Shown here: positions 37,114 to 50,130 of the stretch, one piece after another
How the letters are laid out: each line of letters begins with the position of its first letter
Numbering within the stretch: the stretch's first letter is position 1
Assembly: GCF_001194135.2 (NCBI RefSeq)
Contig: NC_068981.1
Coordinates: 50,469,364-50,531,820, forward strand
Source: Octopus bimaculoides
Lineage: Eukaryota
Direction of reading: 5' to 3'
DNA: 62,457 nucleotides
Program-made: the position numbers and the translations under genes
Notes under the pieces: model-generated
What the model saw: the letters and a program-made list of their open reading frames with translations, nothing else
Told to the model about the DNA's origin: nothing
Database searches by the model: none

Positions 37114-40100
37114 TCATACTATTATGGAGGTAATGTCTGTCTGTCTGTTTGCCTGTCTGTACTCACCTGGTAGTCAAACGGCCGGGTCAATGTTCACCAT
37201 GTTTTTCGGGATTACGAAGGAGGTGATCAGACAGGTTTTAAGCGAAAAAAAAAATGTGAAAAATAGGATATACTGGATATTGAAGGTAATTCTGCAGTTA
37301 ACCGGCGTACACAAAGTAAATACAGATTAAAGGGACACAACTCGTAATAAAAGAAGCAAAGGGAAGTGAATCAACTTACTTCTCCACTGAATTATGCCAA
37401 TAGCTTTATTAAGGGATGATTGTGATAGCTTTGGCTCATCTTTAATCGGTGTATGACTACTATGAACTTTGTCAATAACGATTGTATGCATGAAGTTGTG
37501 TAATGTTTTATTAAATTTTCCTTCGTTCCGTGCCATTATAACCTGGAAACTGAATTTAGGAATTACTATGAATATCAGGGAAGCTGCCTCTATAAAAAGG
37601 AAGAGACGATCTAAGTTAATAGAGAGAAACCCAACAGAATAAGGATGCGGAAGCTCATAGAATTCGCCGTGATTCAGAAGTGAGAGCGTTGGAAAAGAGT
37701 AGGGATACGCTAGCTCGCCAAATAACGCGGAGAAATCAAGTAAGAGCTTCAGAACAGAGCAGGGACACTTTAGCCCGCCAAGTAACACGCAAAACTTCTC
37801 ATGTGAGAGCTTCGGAACAAATAATGAACACTCTAGCTTGCATAAAATCAAGGCCAGTGCAAATACAAGTGGAAGATAATGCTTTGATAATCGTTTACAT
37901 CGCTGAATATGACAATAAACGGATTACAGGTTACAATTTGATAGCAACTCAGGAAAACTTTATCGAAAGTAACATTCCACTATCGTACCGTTCTCACTAC
38001 TACAGCAGTTTGGGTGATTATATATGTCCACATTGTTATTCAAAGCACTGACCTGCAGAACCACTTCCCCTCTGTTGCGCAAAGGGTAAATTTCACCTGC
38101 AATCTACACCCAATTTGTCGGCAGACATTGTGTCGTTATGGAACAATACCAATTTTATAACAAATATTCGAGCGTATGATAACGCACTCACGTTTGAGTC
38201 CATTGGCTGTGTTGTTGATACATCGATAACTGGATTTAATCCCATATTTAAAATCCAAGGTAAAGCGTATCACGCGAGTGGAAGTTTAATGCCAGATGCC
38301 AATCAACTGCCATCATTCGCACAACTGTATTTCTTTGATACACACTATAAGGACAAACATAGGATGAAACATTAGATTGATCAGCAGGCAGATGTACTGG
38401 CGAAAGTACAAGGTTATATTCGGCAAGTAAATCCATTCATAGCATCATTTTAAGTTGCTATAGAATTTTCGGCAACTGAGGATATTTCGACAAAAAGCTC
38501 AAACAATCCGAGGCTCACTGTTGCCAGTACAACTCGCCTATGAATTCAGAGGTGGCTGCCTTGGTTCCGGGTGATATCAAGAACCCTTTCTATGTAATTA
38601 TATACAGTTGTAATGGACATATTCAGCGAATAAACTCTATCCCTCGATCGTACAATCCGCTGCATTATGTTCTGCTACTACCGGAGAAAACAGACACTTG
38701 GTAGCTCAATATGAAATCAAATGGACAAATATTAACAGCTATGAATTGTTACGCTTACCAACTGCAGGTAAGACGTAGTTCGGATAATCATATAATGTGA
38801 ACTAGATGACTTCTAGAGCAATATGCTGTAAATCAGTGGGCGAAAGTAGAACGGAACAGGCTAAGGTGGGCGGAACTCCATCAAACGACAACCAAAGTAG
38901 AAAAATACGCAGGGTTGCTTGATGTTGTCAACAAATCCGATACATTAATACCTGGAAGAAAAATTATTCTCCCACCAACCATCACCGGCAGTCCAAGATT
39001 TTACAGCGAGGTATTCCAAAACGCTATGGCAATAGTTAGAGCAATGGGAAAGCCAGATTACTTCATCACATTTACCACATATCCAAAATGGATGGAGATA
39101 CAGACCACCCTATTCCCAAGGGTGCATGCACAGTACCGACCTGATATTGCCTGTCGAGTATTCAAAATCAAGCTCGACGCACTTCACCATGATCTACAGA
39201 AAAGACACGTTCTAGGAAAAGTTGTCGCCTATACACTAACTATTGAATGCCAAAAACGTGGCCTTACACACGCACATATACTGCTTATCATGGCTAATCG
39301 TCATAAATCGGCTGTTCCAGAAATTATAGACAAAGAATTTAGTGCCGAATTGCCTGACAAACACTGAAACCCGGAGTTATTCAACTCAGCAATAGCACAT
39401 AATATTCATGGTACATGCGGTGCTATCAACCCCCGAAGTCGGTGTAGGGNNNNNNNNNNNNNNNNNNNNNNNNNNNNNNNNNNNNNNNNNNNNNNNNNNN
39501 NNNNNNNNNNNNNNNNNNNNNNNNNNNNNNNNNNNNNNNNNNNNNNNNNNNNNNNNNNNNNNNNNNNNNNNNNNNNNNNNNNNNNATTATTATTATTATT
39601 ATTGTTATTATTCATGTCACTGCCTGGAATCGAACTCGAACGGAATCTTGGGGTTAGTAGCCTGCGCTCTTAACCACTACGCCATGGCATAGTTGAGTCT
39701 AAAGAAGGTACGAAATTCTTCAGACGCAACTTTCGCAGTCAATTTAAGCAACATCGGTTCCGGACAATGTTCGTTCTTCGACCCACCAAGGAATGTAATT
39801 CAAATTAGGCCAGATTTGGTACTCGAAACGTCATCTATTTCCCAAATATGCAAATTCGTATTGTATGATTTAAGTGAAAACTACAAAATTGCATCATGCC
39901 TGTCTTCACAAGCTGTCATCGCCTCAACCAATGAAGTGGTTAACAGTCTGAATGAGAACATGATTACCAACTTCCCTGGGGAAAGCGGAGAGCACTATAG
40001 TTCGGATACAATAAGTGACGAAAACTACCACTAATACCCACAGGATTTCTTGAACAACTTAAATCCATCGTGATTGCCACCCCATAAAAACAAAATGCTC

Positions 40101-40589
40101 CTTAGGAATTTTGATCCAGTCAATGGACACTGCAATGGAACAAAGATACACTGTAGCAGAGCTAAATTCCAATGTTATTGAAGCAGTGATTGCAACTGGT
40201 TCCCACAAGTTTAAACGTCTGTTCATTCTGCGGATACCCATTGTACGAACCGATAACCAGTTTCCGTTCCAATTAAGATGCAGGCAATTTTCTATAACAC
40301 CCCCATTCTCATTCGCAGCAAACAAGGCGCTGACCCAGGCTTTGGATCGTGTAGATGTATTTTTACAAACTCCAATATTTACACACGTCCAGTTATACGT
40401 CGCTATCTGTAGAGCAACGGACTCCAGTAACTTGAATATTAGTGTCGACCACACACAAAATATTGTCTACAAAGAAGTTATGTAATCATATTGATATTAA
40501 AATCCATTTACACACTTTTGAATACATACTGCCGTTATAATTTCCCTCCCTCATTTTATGCCTCCATCATAGATGGGTAGATTTGCTAG
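37114..40589 (+). mobile_element. Decayed Helitron (Rep HUH nuclease plus PIF1-like helicase C-terminus)
   Basis: 5' end A|TCATACTATT. Motifs: CPHCYSKH*P...CCAKGK; NIRAY; KIQGKAYH..GSL; ILPPTITGSPRFY...GKPDYFITFT; RPDIACRVF; ECQKRGLTHAH; HGTCG; TNEVVNSLN; MLLRNFD...CNGT; RQF...NKA..Q; TH.QLYVA. 3' hairpin CCATC-ATA-GATGG (40564-40576) then CTAG (40586-40589). Confidence 0.93.
39586..39689 (-). mobile_element. tRNA-derived SINE family C head plus (AAT)n, inserted in the Helitron and running into a gap
   Basis: Reverse complement has A box TGGCGTAGTGG and B box GTTCGATTCC, then CAGTGACATGAATAATAACAATAAT. Confidence 0.75.
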
Positions 40590-42383
40590 CGTATGTAAAA
40601 ACATAACTTTCTCCATCTTAAATCTCCAATTCACCATTTTATCGAATAGTATTCACATTTGTACTGTGGCTGATAGAGTTAAAAAAGTAGATATTTTATA
40701 TATGTCGTTCTTGTTTTACATCTAGACTGTAAATTCTTATTCATCGTCAGGCAATGCTATTGTATCTCTCTTCTACAAAATGCACCATAATCCATTTCTG
40801 CAGAACTTTCTTCTCTTGTTAAGGTTACATATATTCATTCCTTCACATATATCCCATCTTTTATTATTTTTGCGTAGTTTCTTTCCTTAGATATTTGTCT
40901 TACGGAAGTCTCTTCCTTCTAGATTCCCTGACATTTAAAAAATCAGATAGTTTTATAGTAGCATCTTTTAGATTCTTTTTTAACTTACAAACAAACTGGT
41001 TTTAATACCAGTTGCTTGATGTTTTGATGAGAGAGACTTCCAAAACTAGATACTAAATAAAATTAAGGAACGGAATACCTAAGAAGAACACAAATTAGAC
41101 GGTTTATTTCTTTTATTTTTAAATTGAGTGATTTGTCTTCAGTGAAATCAATTTGTATATGTCTTCTTTTGATAAAAGAAGTTGAAGAACATTCTTAATA
41201 GACGTTTTTGGACAGAGAAAAAATAGCGAGAACGTGAAATATAGACAACGATCTAGTTCGAATCATTATAGGATTAAAAAGAATTTTGAAGCATGTTACA
41301 GAGAAAATAATTGAAAAATCTACCTGAATTATCTTTCTAGATAAAGTTGAAAGGATCTTGCTCATGAAGTTTGCTTATATGATGCGTAAAATAGAGGTGC
41401 ATTCGTGTAAAAGGCATGATATAAATTAAGAAACATTTTAGAAATAATCTTTTCCCTGACAAGGATATTAAATCACATAATATTAGCGCCTGTAATTCTT
41501 CATTTCGATGACAAGTCCGTGCAGAATATTGCCCACGTAAGTGGCTGTAATGTGGCAAAACACTGACGCCGTATATAGAATGTTAGTATATATACTCGGA
41601 TCAAATTTCAGCTCAGTTATGTGACATTGCACGTAATTTAATGCACGTTATAATAAATTGCTTTCCATTCTTTGGATTATCACAGTCTTCACGATTCTCA
41701 TTATTCTTCATTATAACATATATCATCATCGGGAATGGATAATCATTTCATTAAATACTGATATGAAATCCATAAATGCTCGTATAATCAGTAGTGTTTA
41801 CTGTTCTACCATTCACCCTTATACTTCTTACTCTCATATTAGTAATGCAATTCTTACATACATCACATTTCCCGAAATATGTACCGAAACAGAAATACAT
41901 ATACACACATATTTGCTCAATTCAATTCTTCTCACTTTCACAGCTATGCAATCTTCTACTACAATTTGCTTCCCTTTTAACCCCCAGCGATAACCTCTTC
42001 CCTCTCTGTGTGAGACGACGGCTCATAAATTTAATCCCTACGTGCCCTCTTAACTCATCCGGAATTTATTTTTATCTATCATTGCACCTCATTGCGCATC
42101 ATTGCATCGTTCTTATCACATTTTCGTTCCATGCAGAATTGTTACGCTCTTTCTATTGACTTATATTACAATGTTGCACAAAAATAGTAGCGGATAGTAA
42201 ATTGTAAACTACACTTCATTGGAAAGATATTTTCTACTGTCTATTCTTCCATTTTACGAATATTTCGACATAATAATGGCATTTCTTCCGTCATATTTTA
42301 TATTTGGAAGTTAGTTGTATCATTCAAATTTTAATTCCTCTCTTGCAAAATGTTTCCACAACTTTCTTCTACTCCACGTCCAA

Positions 42384-42419
<36 letters not shown>

Positions 42420-42489
42420 CTTCGTCATCATCATAATCATCAACACGATTTCTATAACCATTATCAATATAATATACTTTTATTAATAT

Positions 42490-42880
42490 TTCTTGTTTTG
42501 ACGTTCTGAGTTCAAATTCCGTCGAGGTCGACTTGGCCTTTCATCATTTCGGGGTCGATATATTAAGTACCAGCTGCGAACTGGGATTGATCTAATCGAC
42601 TGCCCCCCCTCACCCCACAAAATTTTGGGCTTAGTGCCTAGAGTAGAAAAGAATATATTCAAAGGCAGCGAAGTGGCAGAAGCGTTAGCACACCGGGCGA
42701 AATGCTTAGCGGTGTTTCGCCTGTCTCTTTGTTCTGAGTTCAAATTCCACCGAGGTCGAGTTTGGCTTTTGTCCTTTCAGGATCGATAAATTAAGTACCA
42801 AATGAGTACTGCAGTCGAAATGATCAACTGGCCCCTTCCCCAACAAATTCGGGCCTTGTGCCTAGCGTAGAACAGAATAT
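42490..42880 (+). mobile_element. Two head-to-tail SINE family A copies (42490-42656 truncated; 42664-42880 near full length)
   Basis: Both contain GTTCTGAGTTCAAATTCC (B box), GAGGTCGA, GTCGAT/ATCGAT..TTAAGTACCA and a GTGCCTAG...GAA.AGAATAT end. Confidence 0.85.
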
Positions 42881-43981
42881 ACGCTTATTAAGGGTCCAGA
42901 AATATTGATATACCTTCATTACCCTTAAAAAATTGCGATCATTATTCATAACAAGTAATTATAACTTAAAGTTTATGTTAATTTCAAGGTAAGATACAGG
43001 TTGCAATTACTGTGAAAGCATGAAACAATAAATTCATATATGCAACAATGCAAAGAATTAATTCATTCAAGTTAGCGGGCAAGCAAATAACTATGTGTGT
43101 GCGTCCCTTTATACACACACACACACACACACACCTATATATATGTCTATATTTGTGTGTATGCGTATGTATATATATATATATATATATATATNNNNNN
43201 NNNNNNNNNNNNNNNNNNNNNNNNNNNNNNNNNNNNNNNNNNNNNNNNNNNNNNNNNNNNNNNNNNNNNNNNNNNNNNNNNNNNNNNNNNNNNNNNNNNN
43301 NNNNNNNNNNNNNNNNNNNNNNNNNNNNNNNNNNNNNNNNNNNNNNNNNNNNNNNNNNNNNNNNNNNNNNNNNNNNNNNNNNNNNNNNNNNNNNNNNNNN
43401 NNNNNNNNNNNNNNNNNNNNNNNNNNNNNNNNNNNNNNNNNNNNNNNNNNNNNNNNNNNNNNNNNNNNNNNNNNNNNNNNNNNNNNNNNNNNNNNNNNNN
43501 NNNNNNNNNNNNNNNNNNNNNNNNNNNNNNNNNNNNNNNNNNNNNNNNNNNNNNNNNNNNNNNNNNNNNNNNNNNNNNNNNNNNNNNNNNNNNNNNNNNN
43601 NNNNNNNNNNNNNNNNNNNNNNNNNNNNNNNNNNNNNNNNNNNNNNNNNNNNNNNNNNNNNNNNNNNNNNNNNNNNNNNNNNNNNNNNNNNNNNNNNNNN
43701 NNNNNNNNNNNNNNNNNNNNNNNNNNNNNNNNNNNNNNNNNNNNNNNNNNNNNNNNNNNNNNNNNNNNNNNNNNNNNNNNNNNNNNNNNNNNNNNNNNNN
43801 NNNNNNNNNNNNNNNNNNNNNNNNNNNNNNNNNNNNNNNNNNNNNNNNNNNNNNNNNNNNNNNNNNNNNNNNNNNNNNNNNNNNNNNNNNNNNNNNNNNN
43901 NNNNNNNNNNNNNNNNNNNNNNNNNNNNNNNNNNNNNNNNNNNNNNNNNNNNNNNNNNNNNNTATATATATATATATATAT

Positions 43982-44092
<111 letters not shown>

Positions 44093-44291
44093 TTTACTGT
44101 ATACTGTTCCGTGAAGGTACTCTATCGAATGAGAGATAAATATGGTGTAATATGAGCTACTAATAGTTTCATGCGATGAAAACGACTCGAACATCATTTT
44201 ATATCAGGTCTGTTGCATTCACGCAAGTCTCTGGCTCTGACTACATGGCATAACAAGCTAAAACAGAACACTAGTTCTGGCTCTGGGTCAA

Positions 44292-44336
<45 letters not shown>

Positions 44337-44340
<4 letters not shown>

Positions 44341-44500
44341 ACGGGCCTCATTCAGTTTCTGTCTACTAAATCCACTTACAACTCTTTGGTCGGCCCGAGG
44401 TTACAGTGCATGACACTTGCCCAAGTTTCCTCGCAGTGGGACGGAACACGGAAGCAAGTGGTTGAGAAACAAGCTTCTTACGACGCAGCCACAGCTGCGA
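44337..44500 (-). mobile_element. tRNA-derived SINE with CORE-like CTTGGGCAAGTGTC block
   Basis: Reverse complement GCTGCGTCGTAAGAAGCTTG...GTCCCACTGCG...TTGGGCAAGTGTC...TCGGGCCGACCAAAG. A weaker plus-strand copy lies at 52020-52160. Confidence 0.7.
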
Positions 44501-44560
44501 CTTTTGCTACCACACAGCCACTACACTTACAGATATGATACAATATATGAAACGTACACA

Positions 44561-44599
<39 letters not shown>

Positions 44600-44600
<1 letters not shown>

Positions 44601-44815
44601 TTATTGCGTACAGGTGCTAAACATAGAGGGGACAAACAAGAACAGACAAAGGGGTAAAGTCGATTACATCGATCACCAGTGCGTAACTGGTACTTATTTT
44701 ATCAACCCCGAGAATTTGAAAGGCGAGGTTGACATCGGCGGAATTTGAACTTAGAACGTATCGGTAGACGAAATACAGCTAAGCATTTCGCACAGCGTGC
44801 TAACGTTTCTGCCAT
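44600..44815 (-). mobile_element. tRNA-derived SINE family A
   Basis: AACTGGTACTTATTTTATCAACCCCG...GGAATTTGAACTTAGAACGT...GCTAAGCATTTCG...GCTAACGTTTCTGCCA. Confidence 0.8.
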
Positions 44816-46616
44816 TAAGAGGGAAGATCTAACTGTTTTTCCGCATATATCTCTGAATGACAGTTTGATTTGGTTCCATGCTACTTAAATTTTCATATGA
44901 TTGTAAAACGACCCAAGCTCTTCAGGATTATATAACTAAATGGAGGAGATATGATATGGCTACAGGAGATTGGGCTGCTATTAATCAAGGCATCTCTCAT
45001 GGTGTTGTTGATGTTGGTATAGATATAGAAGCGATATCATTAGAAATCGCAGTCTGCATTTCTAGATTTAAGTGGCTGGGTAAGATGCTGGTGGCACTCT
45101 GCTAACCAGAAAATTAGATGAAATTTACTAGCAACGCAAGTTCTGTGGTGCGTGTGTGTGTGTGTATACTTGCTGCATGACTGCGCGAGTGTAGGTATCT
45201 GGAGTTCGTCGATATCATAAAGTATGCAGTTAATATAGAAAACAATCAAGAACACAGATAATACCGTGGTGGGTAGATTAAGTTGCAAATTTTTAGAGTT
45301 CTTGTCATTAACTAAGATATGTTCCATGTGAAGTATAATTAGCGAAATAAATTTATATTACCTACGTGTGTGTAACTGAAGTATAAGGGTTTAGTTTAAA
45401 GATGTCTAAAACATACTTCAGTCCACTTTAAATTTTAATTGTGGCAACACCTTGAATAAAACTGCATGAACTCATTACCAGATGAACAAACAGGAGGCAA
45501 ACGGAAGCGACATTGCGAGATGTACATGCAGCAGAAGCCTGTCGGACAGAAGTTTAAATGAAATATGAGGTGTAAATATCTGAATGTAATAATAAGAACT
45601 GTGTAGATAGATTATTCTCCTTATTTATTTGAATTGTCTTGGATATNNNNNNNNNNNNNNNNNNNNNNNNNNNNNNNNNNNNNNNNNNNNNNNNNNNNNN
45701 NNNNNNNNNNNNNNNNNNNNNNNNNNNNNNNNNNNNNNNNNNNNNNNNNNNNNNNNNNNNNNNNNNNNNNNNNNNNNNNNNNNNNNNNNNNNNNNNNNNN
45801 NNNNNNNNNNNNNNNNNGAAAGAGAGAGAGAGAGAGAGAGTAGAACGTAAGCGAAAAACTGTTTCAATATACATCATTTTGATATACCACATATTAATAT
45901 ATTAAATGTATAAAACAATTTTTTTTTAAAGGATATTGAAGAGTGAGAATATAATGCTAGGATTTCTGTATACTTTAGTCATATATCTGAAGAAATTTAT
46001 TATAGCCAGAGTGAATGTTCAGAAGAATGATTAAAGCATACAATACTTGAACGACATTACACAGGCTAGCATTCTTCTTATAAGATACAAATGTTGCCTC
46101 ATAATTTATGCAGCCAGTTGAAAAACTACAGTAAATTCTGATTCTAGAATCATTTCACGAATACATGTTCCATGAACGTATGTTTAAAATCTCGAACAAA
46201 TGTACAAAAGGTAATAATCGTATTGGCAATGCAATAATCTTTATACACGAACAGACTGTAGACAAGAAAGATGTCCGAGATGAACACAGTACACAGAGTG
46301 GAGAAAACATTTATGATCTCACAGAAAAAATGAGGGATACAAAATAAAAATAAAAATTAGCACCAGTAGCAAAGTTCAAATAAATTTTCACTACTTACAT
46401 ACTGCACGAGAGAACGACACCGACACGACCTGGGAGGTGGGGGTGACTTGATGTTATTCGCGATCGACGAAATTGCGAGATAGCAAGTAACTCAAACTCC
46501 CAGGTTTGGATGATAAATGACCTGGCGGAAGTCATATACATATATATCTACATACATACCTAAATATATATATGTACGTTCATACATACATAGATACACA
46601 GACACATACAAATATA

Positions 46617-47543
46617 TAGGGTCATCCCATAAATAATGCGGGTTTTTTTTCTTTCCTTTATTTTTTCAAAATTAAGATAAAGAAAGTTCTTTTTTCATCT
46701 AAAATATACCCTCCTTCATTTTCTAGAATGCTCTTCTATCTAGCTGGAAGACTTGCAAGACCCATATTCCAAAATTCACTTGTCCGCGAAGAAAAATACT
46801 CCTCGAATGCTGTTCTGACCTCGTCTACAGAATTCATATATTTTCTCTCGAAACGGTTGTAAGAACGGCGGAATAAATCATAATCAGATAGGGCAAAGTT
46901 CGGTGAATATGGTTCATGAGGCATTGTTTCTCATTCAAATTTTCCAGCCTTTGGAATGTCATCATCGCTGTATGTGGCCGAGCATTAGACTGGGAAAGTT
47001 TGTGAGGAACCCAGTGACCCAATATGCAGACTCTTCCAATGGTACGCAGGTGTCGATGAATGGTTGAATGACCAAGTCCAAGCTTCACTGCTAGTTCATC
47101 AACAGTTACGATGAGATTTTGTTCCATTGGGGTTAACAGAACGTCCTCGTCGAGCTCTACAGATCTTTCAGGAAGAGGCTTCTCATCTAGGCTGTAGTTT
47201 CCGGCTCGGAATTACTGGAACCACCGTTCACACTGGCATACACTTATTGTTCGATCCCCATATACTGCATTAATATTCCTCGCACTATCCGTTGCGTTGT
47301 TGACTTTACTGAACTCATAAAGCAAAATATCCCGAATATGCTCCGTTGTTACTTCCATTATAGCTTTGAAAAACTAACTGTCGAAATCGAACTGCACTTT
47401 TCGAAATGTGCACTAAGAATAAGGCACAAAGTAAATTTACTACCTGCTTTTATAGCAAGTTGATGCAGGTTAATTTCTCCCGTCCCACTCCAGATTTTAA
47501 TTCATGCAATTGAAAAAGCCGCATTATTTATAGGATGACCCAA
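46617..47543 (-). mobile_element. Internally deleted mariner (DD34D family) transposon
   Basis: TIRs T(A/T)GGGTCATCC(C/T)ATAAATAATGCGG at both ends with TA flanks (46615-46616, 47544-47545). Transposase starts at 47358 (MEVTTEHIRDILLYEF...RWFQ*FRAGNYSL...HRHL...WVPHKLS) and is fused directly to NARPH...HEPYSPNFALSDYDLF. Confidence 0.93.
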
Positions 47544-47679
47544 TACATACATACATACATACATACATACATACATACATACATACATACGTACGTACGT
47601 ACGTACATACATGCATGCATACATGCATACATACGTATATGCATACATACAGGCATACACGCATATATACACATATACA

Positions 47680-50130
47680 TACATACATTTTTGAACGAAT
47701 CTATAGAAATCACAAACTTACTTCTAGACCACTGGAAGTATATAGAGAGATGAAAAAGGAAAATATTACCATTAAGAAAGCCGCTTCTCAAGAAGATTTT
47801 GAGTCATTCCGGTTAAAATCTGGTACGAAAAGAAGTATCTCAACTTCAATGCATCTTGGCTAAATGCAGTAAAATGTCAGCAGGAAAACATATGTAATTG
47901 ACTCGGGCATTTTAACCAAAGCTTTAGGCAAACTGTATAATGGAAAGACACGTACAAGGGGCTTGATAGTTGGGTATACCAGTATAAGAAGCTGTGATTT
48001 TACATGAAACCACTACTAAGTATATTCAAATGTACTATGAAAGGTCAGATTGACATACCAAATTGGCTCGCTATAGCGCAAGCAAATTGTGTGACCAATA
48101 ATGAAACCACCAAGTTGCCTGGAAACTACTGGCACATGGCTTACATAAATATTATTTTAAAAAGTGTACACAATTCTTCACCTAATTCCTCCAGGATCAT
48201 TGTGAGTTTAACAACCTAGTGGCTGGTGAGAAGCCCAGTGGAAAGTAGGTGGTGTTAGGATGTGCGGAACAACTGCTGATAAACAAAGCAGGTGTACCCT
48301 TTGAAATAAAATAAAAACATCGGAACCTATCAACTGTATGGCTTAATTATAAGAAGGTATTTGATTCTATTCCCCACTAACGGCTACTGAAGTGTCTCCA
48401 TTTGGCAAAAGTGCCAGATACCATCATTGCTGCCATTGAGAGACTCACAAAGACCTGGGCTACAATCTTCACACTTAGAACAGAGATTATAGCGATCGTC
48501 TCGATCTCGAATGCCATACAAATTTCAAAAGGAACAATCCATGGAGATAATCTCTCTGTACTTCTGTTAATTTTGGTGTTACGACTGTTAACATTCCTGC
48601 AACAGAAAACAAATGGCTACACACTAGGTTCTGAAACTGCAAGATATATTAATGTAACCCATAATTACTTTGTGGATGCCATTGAGATTTATGCTAAAAA
48701 TATTAACAATGCCAAAAAACAGCTGGAATTATTAACATTTTCATCTGACGTAGGAATTGAATTTAGCCAGAAGAAATCTTATTTAGTTGTTGAACGGGTA
48801 AAATCACTCTCCCAGTCACAAAACCTGCGCATCAGCGGCCTCACTATCTCTGCTGTTCCACACAAAGAATGCCACAAGTACTTTGGCATTGACGAAAATA
48901 TATCATACCAAGGTACTTTGAATAAAGATAGAGTGACCCAAACATATTGCACCAGACTAGGAAAATTATGGCAGACCAAACCCTACAGCAAGAAAATATC
49001 CCTCAATGCAACATTTGGGATACTTGACTGGTTTTTAGTAGAAATCCACTCCATTGGCATTAAAACTTGCATGATCCTAACATCAGCTGGAAATCAAAAA
49101 TTAGTGATACTGACAGGCTCTACTTAGAAATATGTATAGGTGGTTGGAGCTTGAGATCAGTGCAAACAGACTTCGAATATCGAATAGCCTCTCAAACAGC
49201 ACTTGCTAAACAGCAGCAAAAATAAATTCATTAACTTAGTAGTTGAAAAAGAAGAAGTGAGCTCCCCAGGATGTACGCTTTTCAAAACCAGCCGGAATGG
49301 CATACCGCAAAGAAGACCTGGAAGTGAAATACTCAACATACCAAGAAAAGACTATGCATGGGTATGTTTATCGTAAAATTGTAGATAGTAACAATGACAT
49401 GAAGCGAAGCGCATCTGGACTCGTGACCGGTTCATTCCACTTCGATATGCATTTGCAATCCAAAAACAAGTGATTGCTACTAAATACCTAATCAAAAAAA
49501 AACAAAAAAACAGTGAAGCCCCTGGAGTTCCAAGATGCAACCGTAAAAGTAGATTATGCCATATTTCTTTGGAAGACATCACACATATGATTAGCAGCTG
49601 CTGAAAAATATCATCAAGGTATTACTTCTCGATGAGAAATGATATTGTCGCAAAAAAAATATATACAATGCCATTCGGAAGAAAGAGCGTCAAGAAATAA
49701 TTACAGATAGATAATTCCGGTGTTACTGAATACGTTCAGAAATACCAGCACAAGGAATACTGGTGGAACATTTCCACCAAAACATCTCTCAAGTATAAGC
49801 ATAGCAGGTCGGATATTGTTGTTTAGGACACGCAAGTAAAAGTATGTACCGTCATACAGCTGAGCTCTCCTGCTGATGTGAATGTCTCTTTTGAAAATCA
49901 AAGAGAAATATAACTACGGACAACAGCTTACAAACCTCCAGTTACTATATTTGGATAACAAATTTAAATTTATGCCAATAATAATGAGAAATTTTTTACT
50001 AAGTAAATGGCTTACTTTCAGTCTCAATAAACTTGGATTTTCAGAAAAAAGAAATCAATCATTTGATTCGCACATTACAAATACAATCTGTAAGCGGAAT
50101 AGTAAAACTACGCAAGTCTTTCGTTAGGTT
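47680..50130 (+). mobile_element. Decayed R4/Dong-type non-LTR retrotransposon (RT, CCHC and RLE)
   Basis: IPNWL...PGNYWHM; NYKKVFDSIPH; GTIHGDNLSVLLL; YFVDAIEIYA; KYFGIDEN; TFGILDW; FAIQKQVIATKYL; PRCNR...EDITHMISSC; HSRSDIV...LSSPADVN; FMPII. Confidence 0.9.

Noticed and set aside
39615-39689. Functional tRNA gene
   Set aside because: It has A and B boxes, but there is no proper acceptor stem, a small duplication in the variable/T region and an (AAT)n tail, which fits a SINE head.
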